Program-made: the position numbers and the translations under genes | DNA from: a virus | Virus record (IMG/VR): IMGVR_UViG_3300032236_001180 | Coordinates: 1-64,000 of that record | DNA: 64,000 bases | Strand: one strand, 5' to 3' | In this document: in pieces, positions 35,396 to 44,897 of the stretch | How the letters are laid out: each line of letters begins with the position of its first letter | Position numbering within the stretch: the stretch's first letter is position 1 | Notes under the pieces: generated by a model | The model's database searches: none | Told to the model about the DNA's origin: nothing | Seen by the model: only the letters and a program-made list of their open reading frames with translations

Positions 35396-36606
35396 TGGGA
35401 GTCTTTGCAGGTCCAGAAGTACCAGAAAGTGGATTAGTTCTAGCAATTGATGCTGGAAATACTAAGAGTTATGATAAGTATGAAAATTTATATACTTCTA
35501 GTGAAGTTTTTAGTGGATATTGGAGTACTGATGGAGTTACCGCATTAACTACAAATCAAGGAACATCTCCTAATAATGATAATACTGCCAATAAGATGGT
35601 GGGACCATACATTTATCGTTATTTTACATCTAGTGGAAGTCCTGTTGCAAGTGGAACTACTGTAACTGCATCTGTTTTTGTTAAAAATAATGGTGCTAAT
35701 ACATTTAATTTTGTTATCTATTGTTTATCTGCTAGTGCTTTTTCTTCTTCGGTCAATTTAACAACGGGAACAATATCTGGTACTGGAGCAAGTATTCAAG
35801 CATATCCAAATGGATGGTATAGAGTAAGTTTAACTTCTACTATTAATTCTGCAAGTTGTTATCTTGCAATAGAAGGATTGGGTGGAAGTGGATCATCACA
35901 ATCACTTTATATTTGGGGTGCTCAAGTAGAAAGATCGAGTACAGTTAGTGATTATTATTCAACAACAGCAAGTACAAAAACTAGAGGAACCACTTGTACT
36001 GATTTAAGTGGATATGTAAATACCGGAACATTTACAAATACTCCTACTTATGATAGTGGAAATGGAAGTTCTTTTGTTTTTAACGGAACAAGTAGTTATA
36101 TTTCAGTATCAAACTCAACATCAGTAAATCCTGGAACTGGTTCATTCAGTATTGTTGCCTGGGTAAATTCAGATCCAAGTAATGGTGGTGATGGTTGGGA
36201 TTTATGGGTTGCAAAACGTGCTCCTGCTAATGGATCTAATGGATATTATCTGGGAGTTAATAATCCTGCTGGTGCTAAATTTATGTTAGGTAATGATGCC
36301 AATGCCAGAACAGATACTGGATATTTGACTTATACTTATAATACTTGGGCAATGTTCACTGCAATTTTAGATAGAACTGCAAATACTCAAACCATCATTA
36401 AAAATAATAATACAGAATCTTCTTCGGTAACTCCTAGTGGTGGCAATTATTCAAATACAGGAGCACTAAGTATTGGTGGAGATATTGGAATCGGTGCCTA
36501 TTATGTAAATGGCAAAATTGCAAATGTTCAGATGTATAACCGAGCACTTTCAACATCAGAAGTTTCTCAAATATTTAATGCATCCAGAGGAAGATTTGGA
36601 ATCTAA
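35395..36606 (+). CDS. LamG-like protein 3 with an inserted beta-sandwich domain
   Basis: Same terminal motifs, with ~180-aa insert containing NGWYRVS and IWGAQVE. Confidence 0.8.
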   Translation: MGVFAGPEVPESGLVLAIDAGNTKSYDKYENLYTSSEVFSGYWSTDGVTALTTNQGTSPNNDNTANKMVGPYIYRYFTSSGSPVASGTTVTASVFVKNNGANTFNFVIYCLSASAFSSSVNLTTGTISGTGASIQAYPNGWYRVSLTSTINSASCYLAIEGLGGSGSSQSLYIWGAQVERSSTVSDYYSTTASTKTRGTTCTDLSGYVNTGTFTNTPTYDSGNGSSFVFNGTSSYISVSNSTSVNPGTGSFSIVAWVNSDPSNGGDGWDLWVAKRAPANGSNGYYLGVNNPAGAKFMLGNDANARTDTGYLTYTYNTWAMFTAILDRTANTQTIIKNNNTESSSVTPSGGNYSNTGALSIGGDIGIGAYYVNGKIANVQMYNRALSTSEVSQIFNASRGRFGI

Positions 36607-36629
36607 ATACTCATAAGTCGCAAGCACTT

Positions 36630-37001
36630 ATGGTTCCCTTACATTCGCCTAAGGACTATTTGTTTAATCTTCATACATCATCTAAAAGTGAAGCAAAACG
36701 ATTATGGAGACAGAATATAAAAGATGCCTGGAATCACAAATGTGCTTATTGCGAATCCGAAGAAAACATCACACTAGATCACGTTATACCTCAATGTAAG
36801 GGTGGTCTAGATATCAAAACAAATGTAGTTGCCTGTTGTCATTCTTGTAATCAATCCAAAGGTCATATTCCTTGGGAAGAATGGTATTATAATCAGTGCT
36901 TTTTTTCTATTGAGAATTATGAAAAGATTGAAGAATGGATGAAACCAGAAGCACCTATTAATATTTTTGCTTATAAACCAAGAAAAAATATCAACTACTA
37001 A
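36630..37001 (+). CDS. HNH endonuclease (McrA-like Zn-finger type)
   Basis: CAYC, TLDHVIP..GG, NVVACCHSCNQSKG. Confidence 0.9.
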   Translation: MVPLHSPKDYLFNLHTSSKSEAKRLWRQNIKDAWNHKCAYCESEENITLDHVIPQCKGGLDIKTNVVACCHSCNQSKGHIPWEEWYYNQCFFSIENYEKIEEWMKPEAPINIFAYKPRKNINY

Positions 37002-37024
37002 ATAACAAGTATGAAAAACACGAA

Positions 37025-37375
37025 ATGCAAATAGAAACATTGGGAGTGCATTATATTTTGGATTTATGTTCTTGTAATGTAACTCTATTGAATGATACTA
37101 CTCACATTATGAGTTCGCTAAAAGAAGCGATATCAAAATCAAATGCTACATTACTTGAAGAACTTAAATACGAATTTACTCCCCAAGGAGTAACAGCAAT
37201 TTGTTTATTGTCAGAAAGTCATATCTCGATTCATACTTGGCCAGAAAAACAATATGCGGCAGTAGATATTTTCACTTGTGGCGATCATACGCAACCAGCA
37301 AAAGCTTGCGAATATATGATAGATGCGCTACAATCTAAGAAGCCAAATATGACTATTGTAAGTAGAGGCATATGA
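37025..37375 (+). CDS. speD: S-adenosylmethionine decarboxylase proenzyme
   Basis: FTPQGVT, LSESHISIHTWPE, DIFTCG. Confidence 0.95.
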   Translation: MQIETLGVHYILDLCSCNVTLLNDTTHIMSSLKEAISKSNATLLEELKYEFTPQGVTAICLLSESHISIHTWPEKQYAAVDIFTCGDHTQPAKACEYMIDALQSKKPNMTIVSRGI

Positions 37376-37463
37376 TTTCTGGCAGTATTAGCCCCCTAGA
37401 ATTTCTAGGGGGAACTATAATTTCTTTTTTAATTCTTTTTTTACCATTATTTTTAGTATTACT

Positions 37464-37712
37464 ATGAGTTTTACAGTTTATTCCAAGCACGGATGCCCAT
37501 ATTGCGATAAAGTTAAAACAGTTTTAAGTCACGTTTCTGCTACAAGAGGAATACCAGTTGTTTATTACGACTTGGGTACTAATTTTACCAGAGAAGAATT
37601 TTATGCTGAATTTGGAGAGGGATCTACTTTTCCCCAAGTCATTTATGAAAATGCTCACTTGGGTGGATGCTCCGATACAGTTAAATTCTTACAAGAACAA
37701 AATATGCTTTGA
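37464..37712 (+). CDS. nrdC: Glutaredoxin
   Basis: CPYC, TFPQV, GGC.D. Confidence 0.9.
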   Translation: MSFTVYSKHGCPYCDKVKTVLSHVSATRGIPVVYYDLGTNFTREEFYAEFGEGSTFPQVIYENAHLGGCSDTVKFLQEQNML

Positions 37713-37897
37713 TGGATTCTATAAATAAGTTTGAAAGACACGGTATAAATCGTGGCGTTGAATTAATGCTTCGTCGGAGGGGAAAACGCATTCCAGAAGA
37801 ACTTAAAGAAAGAAAGTTTATTTTTGGTAGAGTTTTTTCCTTTCTGAAAAGGGAAATACGATTTAATTTTGAACTTTCTATAATTAAAAAAACGTAA
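37709..37897 (+). CDS. Hypothetical phage protein
   Basis: INRGVELMLR; operon packing. Confidence 0.6.
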   Translation: MMDSINKFERHGINRGVELMLRRRGKRIPEELKERKFIFGRVFSFLKREIRFNFELSIIKKT

Positions 37898-37914
37898 ATT
37901 TCCGGAGTAATAAA

Positions 37915-38187
37915 ATGACCGCACCAGAACTCACACTTTTTTGTTTAGTTAGTTTTTTATTTTTATGCGTCGGTGTAGTTGGTGGTTGGGGATTAAAGTC
38001 TTATCTAGATAATATGCTTCCTTCTAGAATGGGAGTTCTCCATCAAGAATTCTTTGATGAAAACGGTAATGTGATTGCCGATGAAGTAGTTTCTCTTCGC
38101 TTGGAATCTGGATTTATTGAAGATTTTCAAGAAGAATACGGAAGTCTTTTTGATGAAGAAGACGAAGACGACGATGATGAAGATTGA
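37915..38187 (+). CDS. Single-TM hypothetical protein with acidic tail
   Basis: TM helix, HQEFFDENGN. Confidence 0.7.
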   Translation: MTAPELTLFCLVSFLFLCVGVVGGWGLKSYLDNMLPSRMGVLHQEFFDENGNVIADEVVSLRLESGFIEDFQEEYGSLFDEEDEDDDDED

Positions 38188-38231
38188 TAGATAGATAGTA
38201 TTATAAATTATTATTGATTTTTTAAACAAAT

Positions 38232-38813
38232 ATGACTGTAACATCTGCAACGAAAAAGGTAACAACTTCAAGAGTAAAAGAAGTGAGTTTGGATCTTCCT
38301 CCAAATCCACTTGTATTTGAAGTTTTGAATCTTGTATCTAAACAAAAGACAAATGCAAAGAAAGTAGAAGTTCTTAAAAAATATGAAGATCCTTCTTTGA
38401 AAGCAATTTTCATTTGGAACTTTGATGAAAGTATCATTTCACTTCTACCCGAAGGTGAAGTTCCTTTCTTTGGTGATAATGTATTAAAAACATCTACAAT
38501 TACCGAAAGAATTGGTGATGCTGTATCTACAATGAAAGGTGGAAGTTCAAATTCTCTTGGAACAATTGATGAAAAGCATTCTACGATTCGTAGAGAATAT
38601 AAGAAATTTTATAATTTCATTAAGGGCGGAAATGATAGTTTGAATAGTATTCGTAGAGAAACTATTTTCATTAATCTTCTTGAAGGTGTTCATCCATTAG
38701 AAGCAGAAATTCTTTGCTTATGTAAGGACAAAAAACTTCAAACAAAATATAAAATCACAAAAGAAATTGTATCTGAGGCATATCCAGATATTCAATGGGG
38801 CGGAAGATCCTAA
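38232..38813 (+). CDS. Conserved-looking T4-like cyanophage hypothetical protein
   Basis: LPEGEVP, RRETIFINLLEGVHPLEAE. Confidence 0.8.
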   Translation: MTVTSATKKVTTSRVKEVSLDLPPNPLVFEVLNLVSKQKTNAKKVEVLKKYEDPSLKAIFIWNFDESIISLLPEGEVPFFGDNVLKTSTITERIGDAVSTMKGGSSNSLGTIDEKHSTIRREYKKFYNFIKGGNDSLNSIRRETIFINLLEGVHPLEAEILCLCKDKKLQTKYKITKEIVSEAYPDIQWGGRS

Positions 38814-38830
38814 TTATAACTAAAAATATT

Positions 38831-39082
38831 ATGAAAATCATTCATCAAAAATGTGAAAAATCTTTATCCAACAATAAAAGTCTTCCAATTAATTCTTACT
38901 TAGTGGGATACATTCTTGAAGATGTTAAATCCTATGATATTGTCCAAGCTTCTTCTCAAATAGAAGTATTTGATTATTATCACGATTTATCTAAAAATGT
39001 AATTTCAATTGAATGGACAAGTGGCAAAGTAAATCCAAAACTTTATGGATATACAAAACCAGAGGGAAAAAAGAAAAGATAA
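38831..39082 (+). CDS. Hypothetical phage protein
   Basis: ORF in operon. Confidence 0.65.
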   Translation: MKIIHQKCEKSLSNNKSLPINSYLVGYILEDVKSYDIVQASSQIEVFDYYHDLSKNVISIEWTSGKVNPKLYGYTKPEGKKKR

Positions 39083-39085
39083 GTT

Positions 39086-39123
39086 AAGGGGGAATTGACG
39101 GTTCCTCCTTTTTTGTGTATAAT
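39086..39123 (+). promoter_or_regulatory. Terminator hairpin overlapping a sigma70 promoter
   Basis: AAGGGGGAAT/GTTCCTCCTT stem; TTGACG-17 nt-TATAAT. Confidence 0.75.
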
Positions 39124-39145
39124 GGTAAATGTTAAATTCTAAAAT

Positions 39146-39292
39146 ATGAATAAAGAAAAAGTAAAACTTATTATTCGGAATATGGAATTACTTGTCGAAT
39201 CATTAAAAAATGAAATTTTAGATAAAGGGGAACCACAAAAATGTTCCCCAGACACAGATGATTACGATGAAGTTTTTGAGGATTTTGATTAA
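39146..39292 (+). CDS. Small hypothetical protein (48 aa)
   Basis: MNKEKVKLIIRNMELLVESLK...DDYDEVF. Confidence 0.6.
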   Translation: MNKEKVKLIIRNMELLVESLKNEILDKGEPQKCSPDTDDYDEVFEDFD

Positions 39293-39453
39293 TGAGAGCA
39301 AAAGAATTAGTTAAGTTGATGGATAGATTAATTAAACAGGATCATTTGTATTCTCCTGAAAAATTAAAAGAAATGAAATCACAAGTTAGAATATTAAAAG
39401 AAGAAATTGCAAGAATAGAAGCACAAACATCAAAAGGATTTGGAAAGAAATGA
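39292..39453 (+). CDS. Small hypothetical protein (53 aa)
   Basis: MRAKELVKL...SKGFG; coupled to thyX. Confidence 0.6.
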   Translation: MRAKELVKLMDRLIKQDHLYSPEKLKEMKSQVRILKEEIARIEAQTSKGFGKK

Positions 39454-40139
39454 AACCAACTGTTAAACTTGTCTCAGCAACGCCAGATGCAGAAAAGCAC
39501 ATTGCTTATTGTGCTCGTGTATCAAATCCAAAAAATCAAGAGAATTCTAATTTTGAAGGACTTCTTAAATACTGCATTAAGAATCAACATTGGAGCATCT
39601 TTGAGCACGCATTTTTGACTGTTGAGATTAATACATCACTTGCAATTGCTACACAAATTCTTCGTCATAGAAGTTTTACTTTTCAGCAATTTAGTCAAAG
39701 ATATGCAGATAGCACAGAACTTCAACTAGAACTTCCAGTTCCTGATCTCAGAAGACAAGACACAAAGAATAGGCAGAACTCCACAGACGATCTTGGGGAT
39801 TATGTAAAACTTGGTCTTCAAGAAGAAATTCGTAAGCATTTTGATTATTCTTTGAAACTTTATAATAAGATGCTTGAAAAAGGTGTTGCGAAAGAATGTG
39901 CCCGTTTCGTGCTTCCACAGGCGACACAGACCCGTCTCTATATGTCCGGCAGTCTTCGTAGTTGGATGCACTACATCGACCTTAGAAGTGCTCACGGGAC
40001 CCAGAAAGAGCATATGGAGGTTGCCGAAGCAATCAGGTGCATCTTTACTTGCCAGTTCCCTACCATCTCTTCTGCTCTTGGATGGACCAGAGAAAACTGC
40101 CCAGAATGTGAAGATGCTCCCTCTATTACAATAGAATAA
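39450..40139 (+). CDS. thyX: Flavin-dependent thymidylate synthase
   Basis: HWSIFEH, QILRHRSFTFQQFSQRY, ECARFVLP, TQKEH. Confidence 0.95.
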   Translation: MKPTVKLVSATPDAEKHIAYCARVSNPKNQENSNFEGLLKYCIKNQHWSIFEHAFLTVEINTSLAIATQILRHRSFTFQQFSQRYADSTELQLELPVPDLRRQDTKNRQNSTDDLGDYVKLGLQEEIRKHFDYSLKLYNKMLEKGVAKECARFVLPQATQTRLYMSGSLRSWMHYIDLRSAHGTQKEHMEVAEAIRCIFTCQFPTISSALGWTRENCPECEDAPSITIE

Positions 40140-40164
40140 ATATTTTTGTAAATAATTATAAATT

Positions 40165-40404
40165 ATGCCAACTTATTATAAAATTCATAAAGAAACAAAA
40201 GAGACTCAAAATTTCTTTATGTCAATTAGCGAGCACGATGAATGGACAAAAAATAATCCAGACTGGGAAACCGATTGGTCCAAAGGATGTCCTTCTACTG
40301 TAAGTCAAGTTGGAGATTTCCAGATGAAGACTGATGGTGGTTGGAATGAAGTTTTACATAAAGTAAGTAAAGTTCCCGGCAGCAATGTTCGTCCTCATAA
40401 GTAA
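40165..40404 (+). CDS. Hypothetical phage protein
   Basis: MPTY...NPDW...GWNEVL.KV..PGS. Confidence 0.7.
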   Translation: MPTYYKIHKETKETQNFFMSISEHDEWTKNNPDWETDWSKGCPSTVSQVGDFQMKTDGGWNEVLHKVSKVPGSNVRPHK

Positions 40405-40423
40405 ATCTTAAACTAAAAATACA

Positions 40424-41191
40424 ATGGCACGTAGAAGAAGAAGTTCCCAAGAGAATCAAAATCTTGGTGTTGGTAGCAGTATGACTTCTAGGCAAATGAA
40501 AAGAAAGAAGCCAATTAATCTAGCTTCTCTAATTGACATTGAACCACTTACTGAAAATCAAAAGAAATTATTTGAACATTACAGTGAAGGTAAAAATATC
40601 TTTGCACACGGAGTTCCTGGATCGGGGAAAACATTTTCGCTTTTGTATAAAGCACTTCAAGATGTATTGGATGAAACTTCGCCATATGAAAAGATCTATA
40701 TTGTTCGTTCATTAGTTCAAACAAGAGAGATTGGTTTTATGCCTGGTGGTGAAGATGATAAAAAATCATTATTTGAAATTCCATATAAAAATATGGTAAA
40801 ATATATGTTTCAAATGCCATCCGATGCTGACTTTGAAATGCTTTATGGTAATCTAAAAGCACAAAATACTATTTCATTTTGGTGTACTTCTTTTATTCGT
40901 GGAATAACACTTGATAATTGTATAATTATTGTAGATGAAGCACAAAACTGTAATGCTCACGAATGTTTTTCTGTAATCTCAAGAGTCGGTGAGAATACAA
41001 AAATTATGTTCGCTGGTGATGTAGAACAAAGTGATTTGATTAAAACTTCGGAAAGAAATGGAATCATAGATTTCATTAAAATTATTGATATTATGCCCTC
41101 ATTCGAAAGAATTGAATTTGATGTTGATGATATTGTAAGATCATCATTAGTTAAAGAATTTGTAGTTGCTAAAAAATCTTTGGGAATGTAA
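40424..41191 (+). CDS. phoH: PhoH-like ATPase
   Basis: GVPGSGKT, IGFMPG, FIRGITL, DEAQN, GDVEQSD, DIVRS. Confidence 0.95.
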   Translation: MARRRRSSQENQNLGVGSSMTSRQMKRKKPINLASLIDIEPLTENQKKLFEHYSEGKNIFAHGVPGSGKTFSLLYKALQDVLDETSPYEKIYIVRSLVQTREIGFMPGGEDDKKSLFEIPYKNMVKYMFQMPSDADFEMLYGNLKAQNTISFWCTSFIRGITLDNCIIIVDEAQNCNAHECFSVISRVGENTKIMFAGDVEQSDLIKTSERNGIIDFIKIIDIMPSFERIEFDVDDIVRSSLVKEFVVAKKSLGM

Positions 41192-41937
41192 TGACTAATC
41201 CTTGTATTGAAAAATATTTTGAACTCTATCCAGAAAAAAAAGTAGAGAAACCAACTGCCCGCTTTGAGCACGTTGAACTCAATTTATCTCCTTTGGATAG
41301 AGAAACCATTGATGGAGTACGATATTATTCTATTCCAAATGGAAATGGGAAACCAACAAAAATGGTTTCCATTACTTCTGTAACTAGTCACTTCAATCGT
41401 CAAATCTTTATTGATTGGAGAAGAAAAGTAGGTGATGTAAAAGCAGATGCAGTTACAAAAGCAGCAACTACAAGAGGAACAAACTTACATAGTTTAGTTG
41501 AGAATTATATTACCAATCAAGAACTTCCTGAAGTTCCAGAACCTGCTCCTACATTATTTAAAACAATTGAACCAGCACTTCAAAGAATGAATAAAATATA
41601 CGGAGTAGAAACTGCTCTGTATAGCACTGTATTGGGTGTTGCTGGTACTTGCGATACTATCGCAGAGTTTGATGAAGAACTTGCAATTATTGACTATAAG
41701 ACTTCTGCTAAACCAAAGCCTCGGGAATGGATTGAGAATTATTTTGTTCAGGCAATGTTTTATGGTATGGCTCTTTTTGAAAGAACTGGACTTCAAGTAA
41801 AGAAACTTGTTATTATTATGGCTTGTGAAAATGGAGAACTTGTTGTTTATGAAGAAAGAGATTTAGCGAAATATATGAAATTAGTTATTAAGTATATCAA
41901 AAAATTCACTAATGATAAGCTGCAAGAATACGCTTGA
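41191..41937 (+). CDS. PD-(D/E)xK exonuclease (Cas4/RecB-like)
   Basis: SITSV, RGTNLH, AGTCD, IIDYKTS, YFVQ..FY. Confidence 0.88.
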   Translation: MTNPCIEKYFELYPEKKVEKPTARFEHVELNLSPLDRETIDGVRYYSIPNGNGKPTKMVSITSVTSHFNRQIFIDWRRKVGDVKADAVTKAATTRGTNLHSLVENYITNQELPEVPEPAPTLFKTIEPALQRMNKIYGVETALYSTVLGVAGTCDTIAEFDEELAIIDYKTSAKPKPREWIENYFVQAMFYGMALFERTGLQVKKLVIIMACENGELVVYEERDLAKYMKLVIKYIKKFTNDKLQEYA

Positions 41938-41962
41938 CAGATTGATTAATTTATCTTATAAT
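41934..41962 (+). promoter_or_regulatory. sigma70 promoter
   Basis: TTGACA-17 nt-TATAAT. Confidence 0.8.
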
Positions 41963-41969
41963 AAATATT

Positions 41970-42284
41970 ATGTTATGGTGTCCTATGCCTAATCCATTAG
42001 AAAGTTTTTTAAATCTAAATCTACCCAGTATGAATGACGAAATAAAAGAAGAGTTAAGCAATAAGTTCTTATGTCCTCAAAAATTTGCTCAAGATATTGA
42101 GCAAATTGTAAAAATCTCAAAAGTCAATTATATTGATGCGATTGTAACTTATTGCGAACAGAATAATATTGAAATTGAGACAGTTTCAAAATTAGTTTCA
42201 AAACCACTTAAAGAAAAATTAAAATGTGATGCTATTCATTTGAATTTTCTCAAAAAGACCACCAAGGCACGTTTGCCTATATGA
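41970..42284 (+). CDS. 33: Late-promoter transcription coactivator gp33 (start may be further downstream)
   Basis: KFAQDIE, YIDAIV.YC, LKEKLK.DA..LNFL; synteny with gene 59. Confidence 0.88.
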   Translation: MLWCPMPNPLESFLNLNLPSMNDEIKEELSNKFLCPQKFAQDIEQIVKISKVNYIDAIVTYCEQNNIEIETVSKLVSKPLKEKLKCDAIHLNFLKKTTKARLPI

Positions 42285-42874
42285 GTCCATTTGAAGTTTA
42301 TTCAAATTTTTTAGCATTCAAAAATCACTTCACTAAGAAAAATTACGATTACTTTAAATATTGTGGAAAGACTAGAGCATCTCTAGATAGTTTTCATAAA
42401 AGAAAGGATCGTTATTTTTTTGAAAAAATGTCACGTCAAAAAAATGATGAGCAAATAAAATCTTTTTTTGTTGCTAATTTTGCCGAATGTAATGATCCAG
42501 AAAGACTATGGATCGGTGATATTATTCGCAATGGTGAAGATACATACTCAAATTGGTTAAAAAAATCTCAAAGTTTAACTTATTTGTTTAAAACTGAATG
42601 TGAAGTTTTTATATCAAAAGAAAATTTTGAAAACTTATTTGATTGTAAAAATGGCAATCATCCTGAACTACTTAAAAAGTATCTACAAAAAGCACTTACA
42701 TTAGAAACCTTAGTTATTTTGAATATGATTTTAGATTATGCAAAAGATTTTGATAAAAAAATGAATGATCCTGTGTGGGAAATGATGAGTTTAAAAATTC
42801 AGAAGTACCAATGTTTCATAAATATTGATGTAGCAGGATATAAGAAAATCCTCAAGGAGATTGTTTATGAGTAA
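42281..42874 (+). CDS. 59: Helicase loader gp59
   Basis: KNHFT..YDYFKY.GK, F.KRKDRYFFEK. Confidence 0.9.
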   Translation: MSPFEVYSNFLAFKNHFTKKNYDYFKYCGKTRASLDSFHKRKDRYFFEKMSRQKNDEQIKSFFVANFAECNDPERLWIGDIIRNGEDTYSNWLKKSQSLTYLFKTECEVFISKENFENLFDCKNGNHPELLKKYLQKALTLETLVILNMILDYAKDFDKKMNDPVWEMMSLKIQKYQCFINIDVAGYKKILKEIVYE

Positions 42875-43199
42875 TTTTTTTGACTCCGAATTAGTCAGAG
42901 AATCTTTGATAGAACTAGACCAATTGCAAGAAAAACTTTTCAATCAATTGTTTGAACTTCCTTATTCCACAAAAGAAAAAAAGAAGGAACATTTGAATAC
43001 AATGAGAGAATTTTTAGAAAAACAAAAATTGTTTATTTTTAGAATGTCTCTTTCTGATGATCCAGAAGCAATGCAATTAAAAGAAAAAATCACACAATCC
43101 GCTCAACTTTTTGGATTTAATCCAGAAAAAGGATTAAGTGTTTTCTTTGGGCAATTAGAAAATACTATCAATAAACTCGAAGAATCACTTGACGACTGA
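42867..43199 (+). CDS. DUF1825-like protein
   Basis: FFDSELVR, R.SLSDDPEA. Confidence 0.75.
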   Translation: MSNFFDSELVRESLIELDQLQEKLFNQLFELPYSTKEKKKEHLNTMREFLEKQKLFIFRMSLSDDPEAMQLKEKITQSAQLFGFNPEKGLSVFFGQLENTINKLEESLDD

Positions 43200-43217
43200 C
43201 TTTATATCTGCTACACT
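43189..43217 (+). promoter_or_regulatory. sigma70 promoter for gene 32
   Basis: TTGACG-17 nt-TACACT. Confidence 0.7.
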
Positions 43218-43259
43218 TAAAAAGTACAATCCAAAACATCCAATTTATCCAAAAATCCT

Positions 43260-44165
43260 ATGTCATTCGCTAATCTTAAAAAACAATCCAAACTTGGTTC
43301 TTTAACCGAAAAACTAGTCAAAGAAGTTGAAAAACTGAATAGTGCTGGTTCTTCTGAAGATGATCGTTATTGGAAATTGACCACAGATAAGAGCCAAAAT
43401 GGTTATGCGGTTATTCGCTTTCTCCCTGCTCCCGATGGAGAAGATATTCCATTTGTGAAAATTTATTCCCACGCATTCCAAGGTTCTGGTGGATGGTTGA
43501 TTGATAATTGTGTTACTACACTTGGTCAACAATGTCCTATCTGCGAGCACAACTCTGGTCTCTGGAATTCAGGAATTGACGCAAACAAAGAAATTGCTCG
43601 TAAGCAGAAAAGAAAACTGACTTACATCAGCAATATCTATGTCGTAAAAGATCCTTCTAATCCCGAAAATGAAGGTAAAGTTTTCCTTTATAAGTATGGT
43701 AAAAAAATCTTTGATAAGATTTCTGCTGCTATGAAACCAGAGTTTGAAGATGAAACTCCAATTGATCCATTTGATTTCTGGCAAGGTGCTAACTTCAAAT
43801 TGAAGGCAAAGAACGTTGCTGGTTATCGTAATTATGATTCTAGTGAGTTTGCTGCTCCTGGTGCTCTTCTAGATAATGATGATGAACTAGAAGCAATCTG
43901 GAAGCAAGAGTTTTCTCTCGCTGAACTTGTTGCTAACGATCAGTTCAAGTCTTATGACGATTTGAAGAAGCGTCTTTCTTCTGTTCTTGGGACTAAAGGT
44001 GCTCGCACCCAAGATCCAGAAACAGTATCTGAGGAAGATGAGTATGAGGTAGAGCGTTCAACGAAGAGTACTTCTTCTTTTAGTTCTTCGTCTAGTTCTA
44101 GTTCTGATGATGATGAAGACGAGGATGAAGCATTGTCATACTTCTCTAAGCTCGCTAACTCCTGA
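43260..44165 (+). CDS. 32: Single-stranded DNA-binding protein gp32
   Basis: DDRYWK, AVIRFLP, CPICE, YGKKIFDKI, GANFKLK, acidic tail. Confidence 0.97.
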   Translation: MSFANLKKQSKLGSLTEKLVKEVEKLNSAGSSEDDRYWKLTTDKSQNGYAVIRFLPAPDGEDIPFVKIYSHAFQGSGGWLIDNCVTTLGQQCPICEHNSGLWNSGIDANKEIARKQKRKLTYISNIYVVKDPSNPENEGKVFLYKYGKKIFDKISAAMKPEFEDETPIDPFDFWQGANFKLKAKNVAGYRNYDSSEFAAPGALLDNDDELEAIWKQEFSLAELVANDQFKSYDDLKKRLSSVLGTKGARTQDPETVSEEDEYEVERSTKSTSSFSSSSSSSSDDDEDEDEALSYFSKLANS

Positions 44166-44192
44166 TTTCAAAATCAACTTTTAATTACCTTT

Positions 44193-44224
44193 ATCCCCGG
44201 AAAAAATTTCCGGGGATTTTTTTG
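44193..44224. terminator. Terminator between convergent genes 32 and 53
   Basis: ATCCCCGGAAA-AAA-TTTCCGGGGAT plus T-run. Confidence 0.85.
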
Positions 44225-44236
44225 TCCGTAGGGTTT

Positions 44237-44896
44237 TTATACGCCAGTTAGATTTGGATTATAAGATTGCTTAGTAGTTTGATTGACATATTGTGAAGAT
44301 TGATCATATTTCATTATATTTCTCATATCTGTAATAACTACTGATAGATATGCTGGTTTTAATACTCTTATCTTTCTTTTTTCTTCATTGATGTTAGTTT
44401 CATACTCATAATTTGTTACTTGTTTCACGGGTGAAATTGTGAATACTGTATTGTCAAATTTAGTATAAGTAACTGTAAAATCAGAATCTACTTGAAGTCC
44501 AGATGGAACTACAAGGCGATCATATTCATCTTTTACTTCGGTAGTCTCATAATGATGAATATCCGATAGTGCTTCTTCTGATCCATACTTATCTAACATA
44601 TAATTGTATAGATCATTATTACTCAAAGGCCACTGTTCTCTTACATTTGTGATATTATTAGTAATTAAAATAACCCAATCAAGTTCTGGATCATTATAAA
44701 GTTTAGAAGCAACTACTTCCGGTCTTTGGTTGTCTTCTATTTGATAATAATTAAAAGCAGTAATAATATTAATTATATCTGTCCTTAACTTTGCTCTTTT
44801 GAAAAGATTTTTGACAGTAATATATTCTTCGTTTGAGCTTACATCAGGCAAACGAGAAATATATGATATATTTGGAAGTTCCTTGAAGTATGCCAT
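44237..44896 (-). CDS. 53: Baseplate wedge protein gp53
   Basis: YF..LP.I.Y, RPE.VA..LY..PELDWVIL..N, WPL, HHYET. Confidence 0.9.
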   Translation of the reverse strand: MAYFKELPNISYISRLPDVSSNEEYITVKNLFKRAKLRTDIINIITAFNYYQIEDNQRPEVVASKLYNDPELDWVILITNNITNVREQWPLSNNDLYNYMLDKYGSEEALSDIHHYETTEVKDEYDRLVVPSGLQVDSDFTVTYTKFDNTVFTISPVKQVTNYEYETNINEEKRKIRVLKPAYLSVVITDMRNIMKYDQSSQYVNQTTKQSYNPNLTGV

Positions 44897-44897
44897 T

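Noticed and set aside
33981-36606. Diversity-generating retroelement or CRISPR-like array
   Set aside because: No reverse transcriptase in the window, no adenine-specific TR/VR pair and no regular repeat-spacer periodicity.
41191-41937. Cas4 as evidence of a CRISPR system
   Set aside because: Ordinary T4-like phage exonuclease next to phoH; no array or other cas genes seen.
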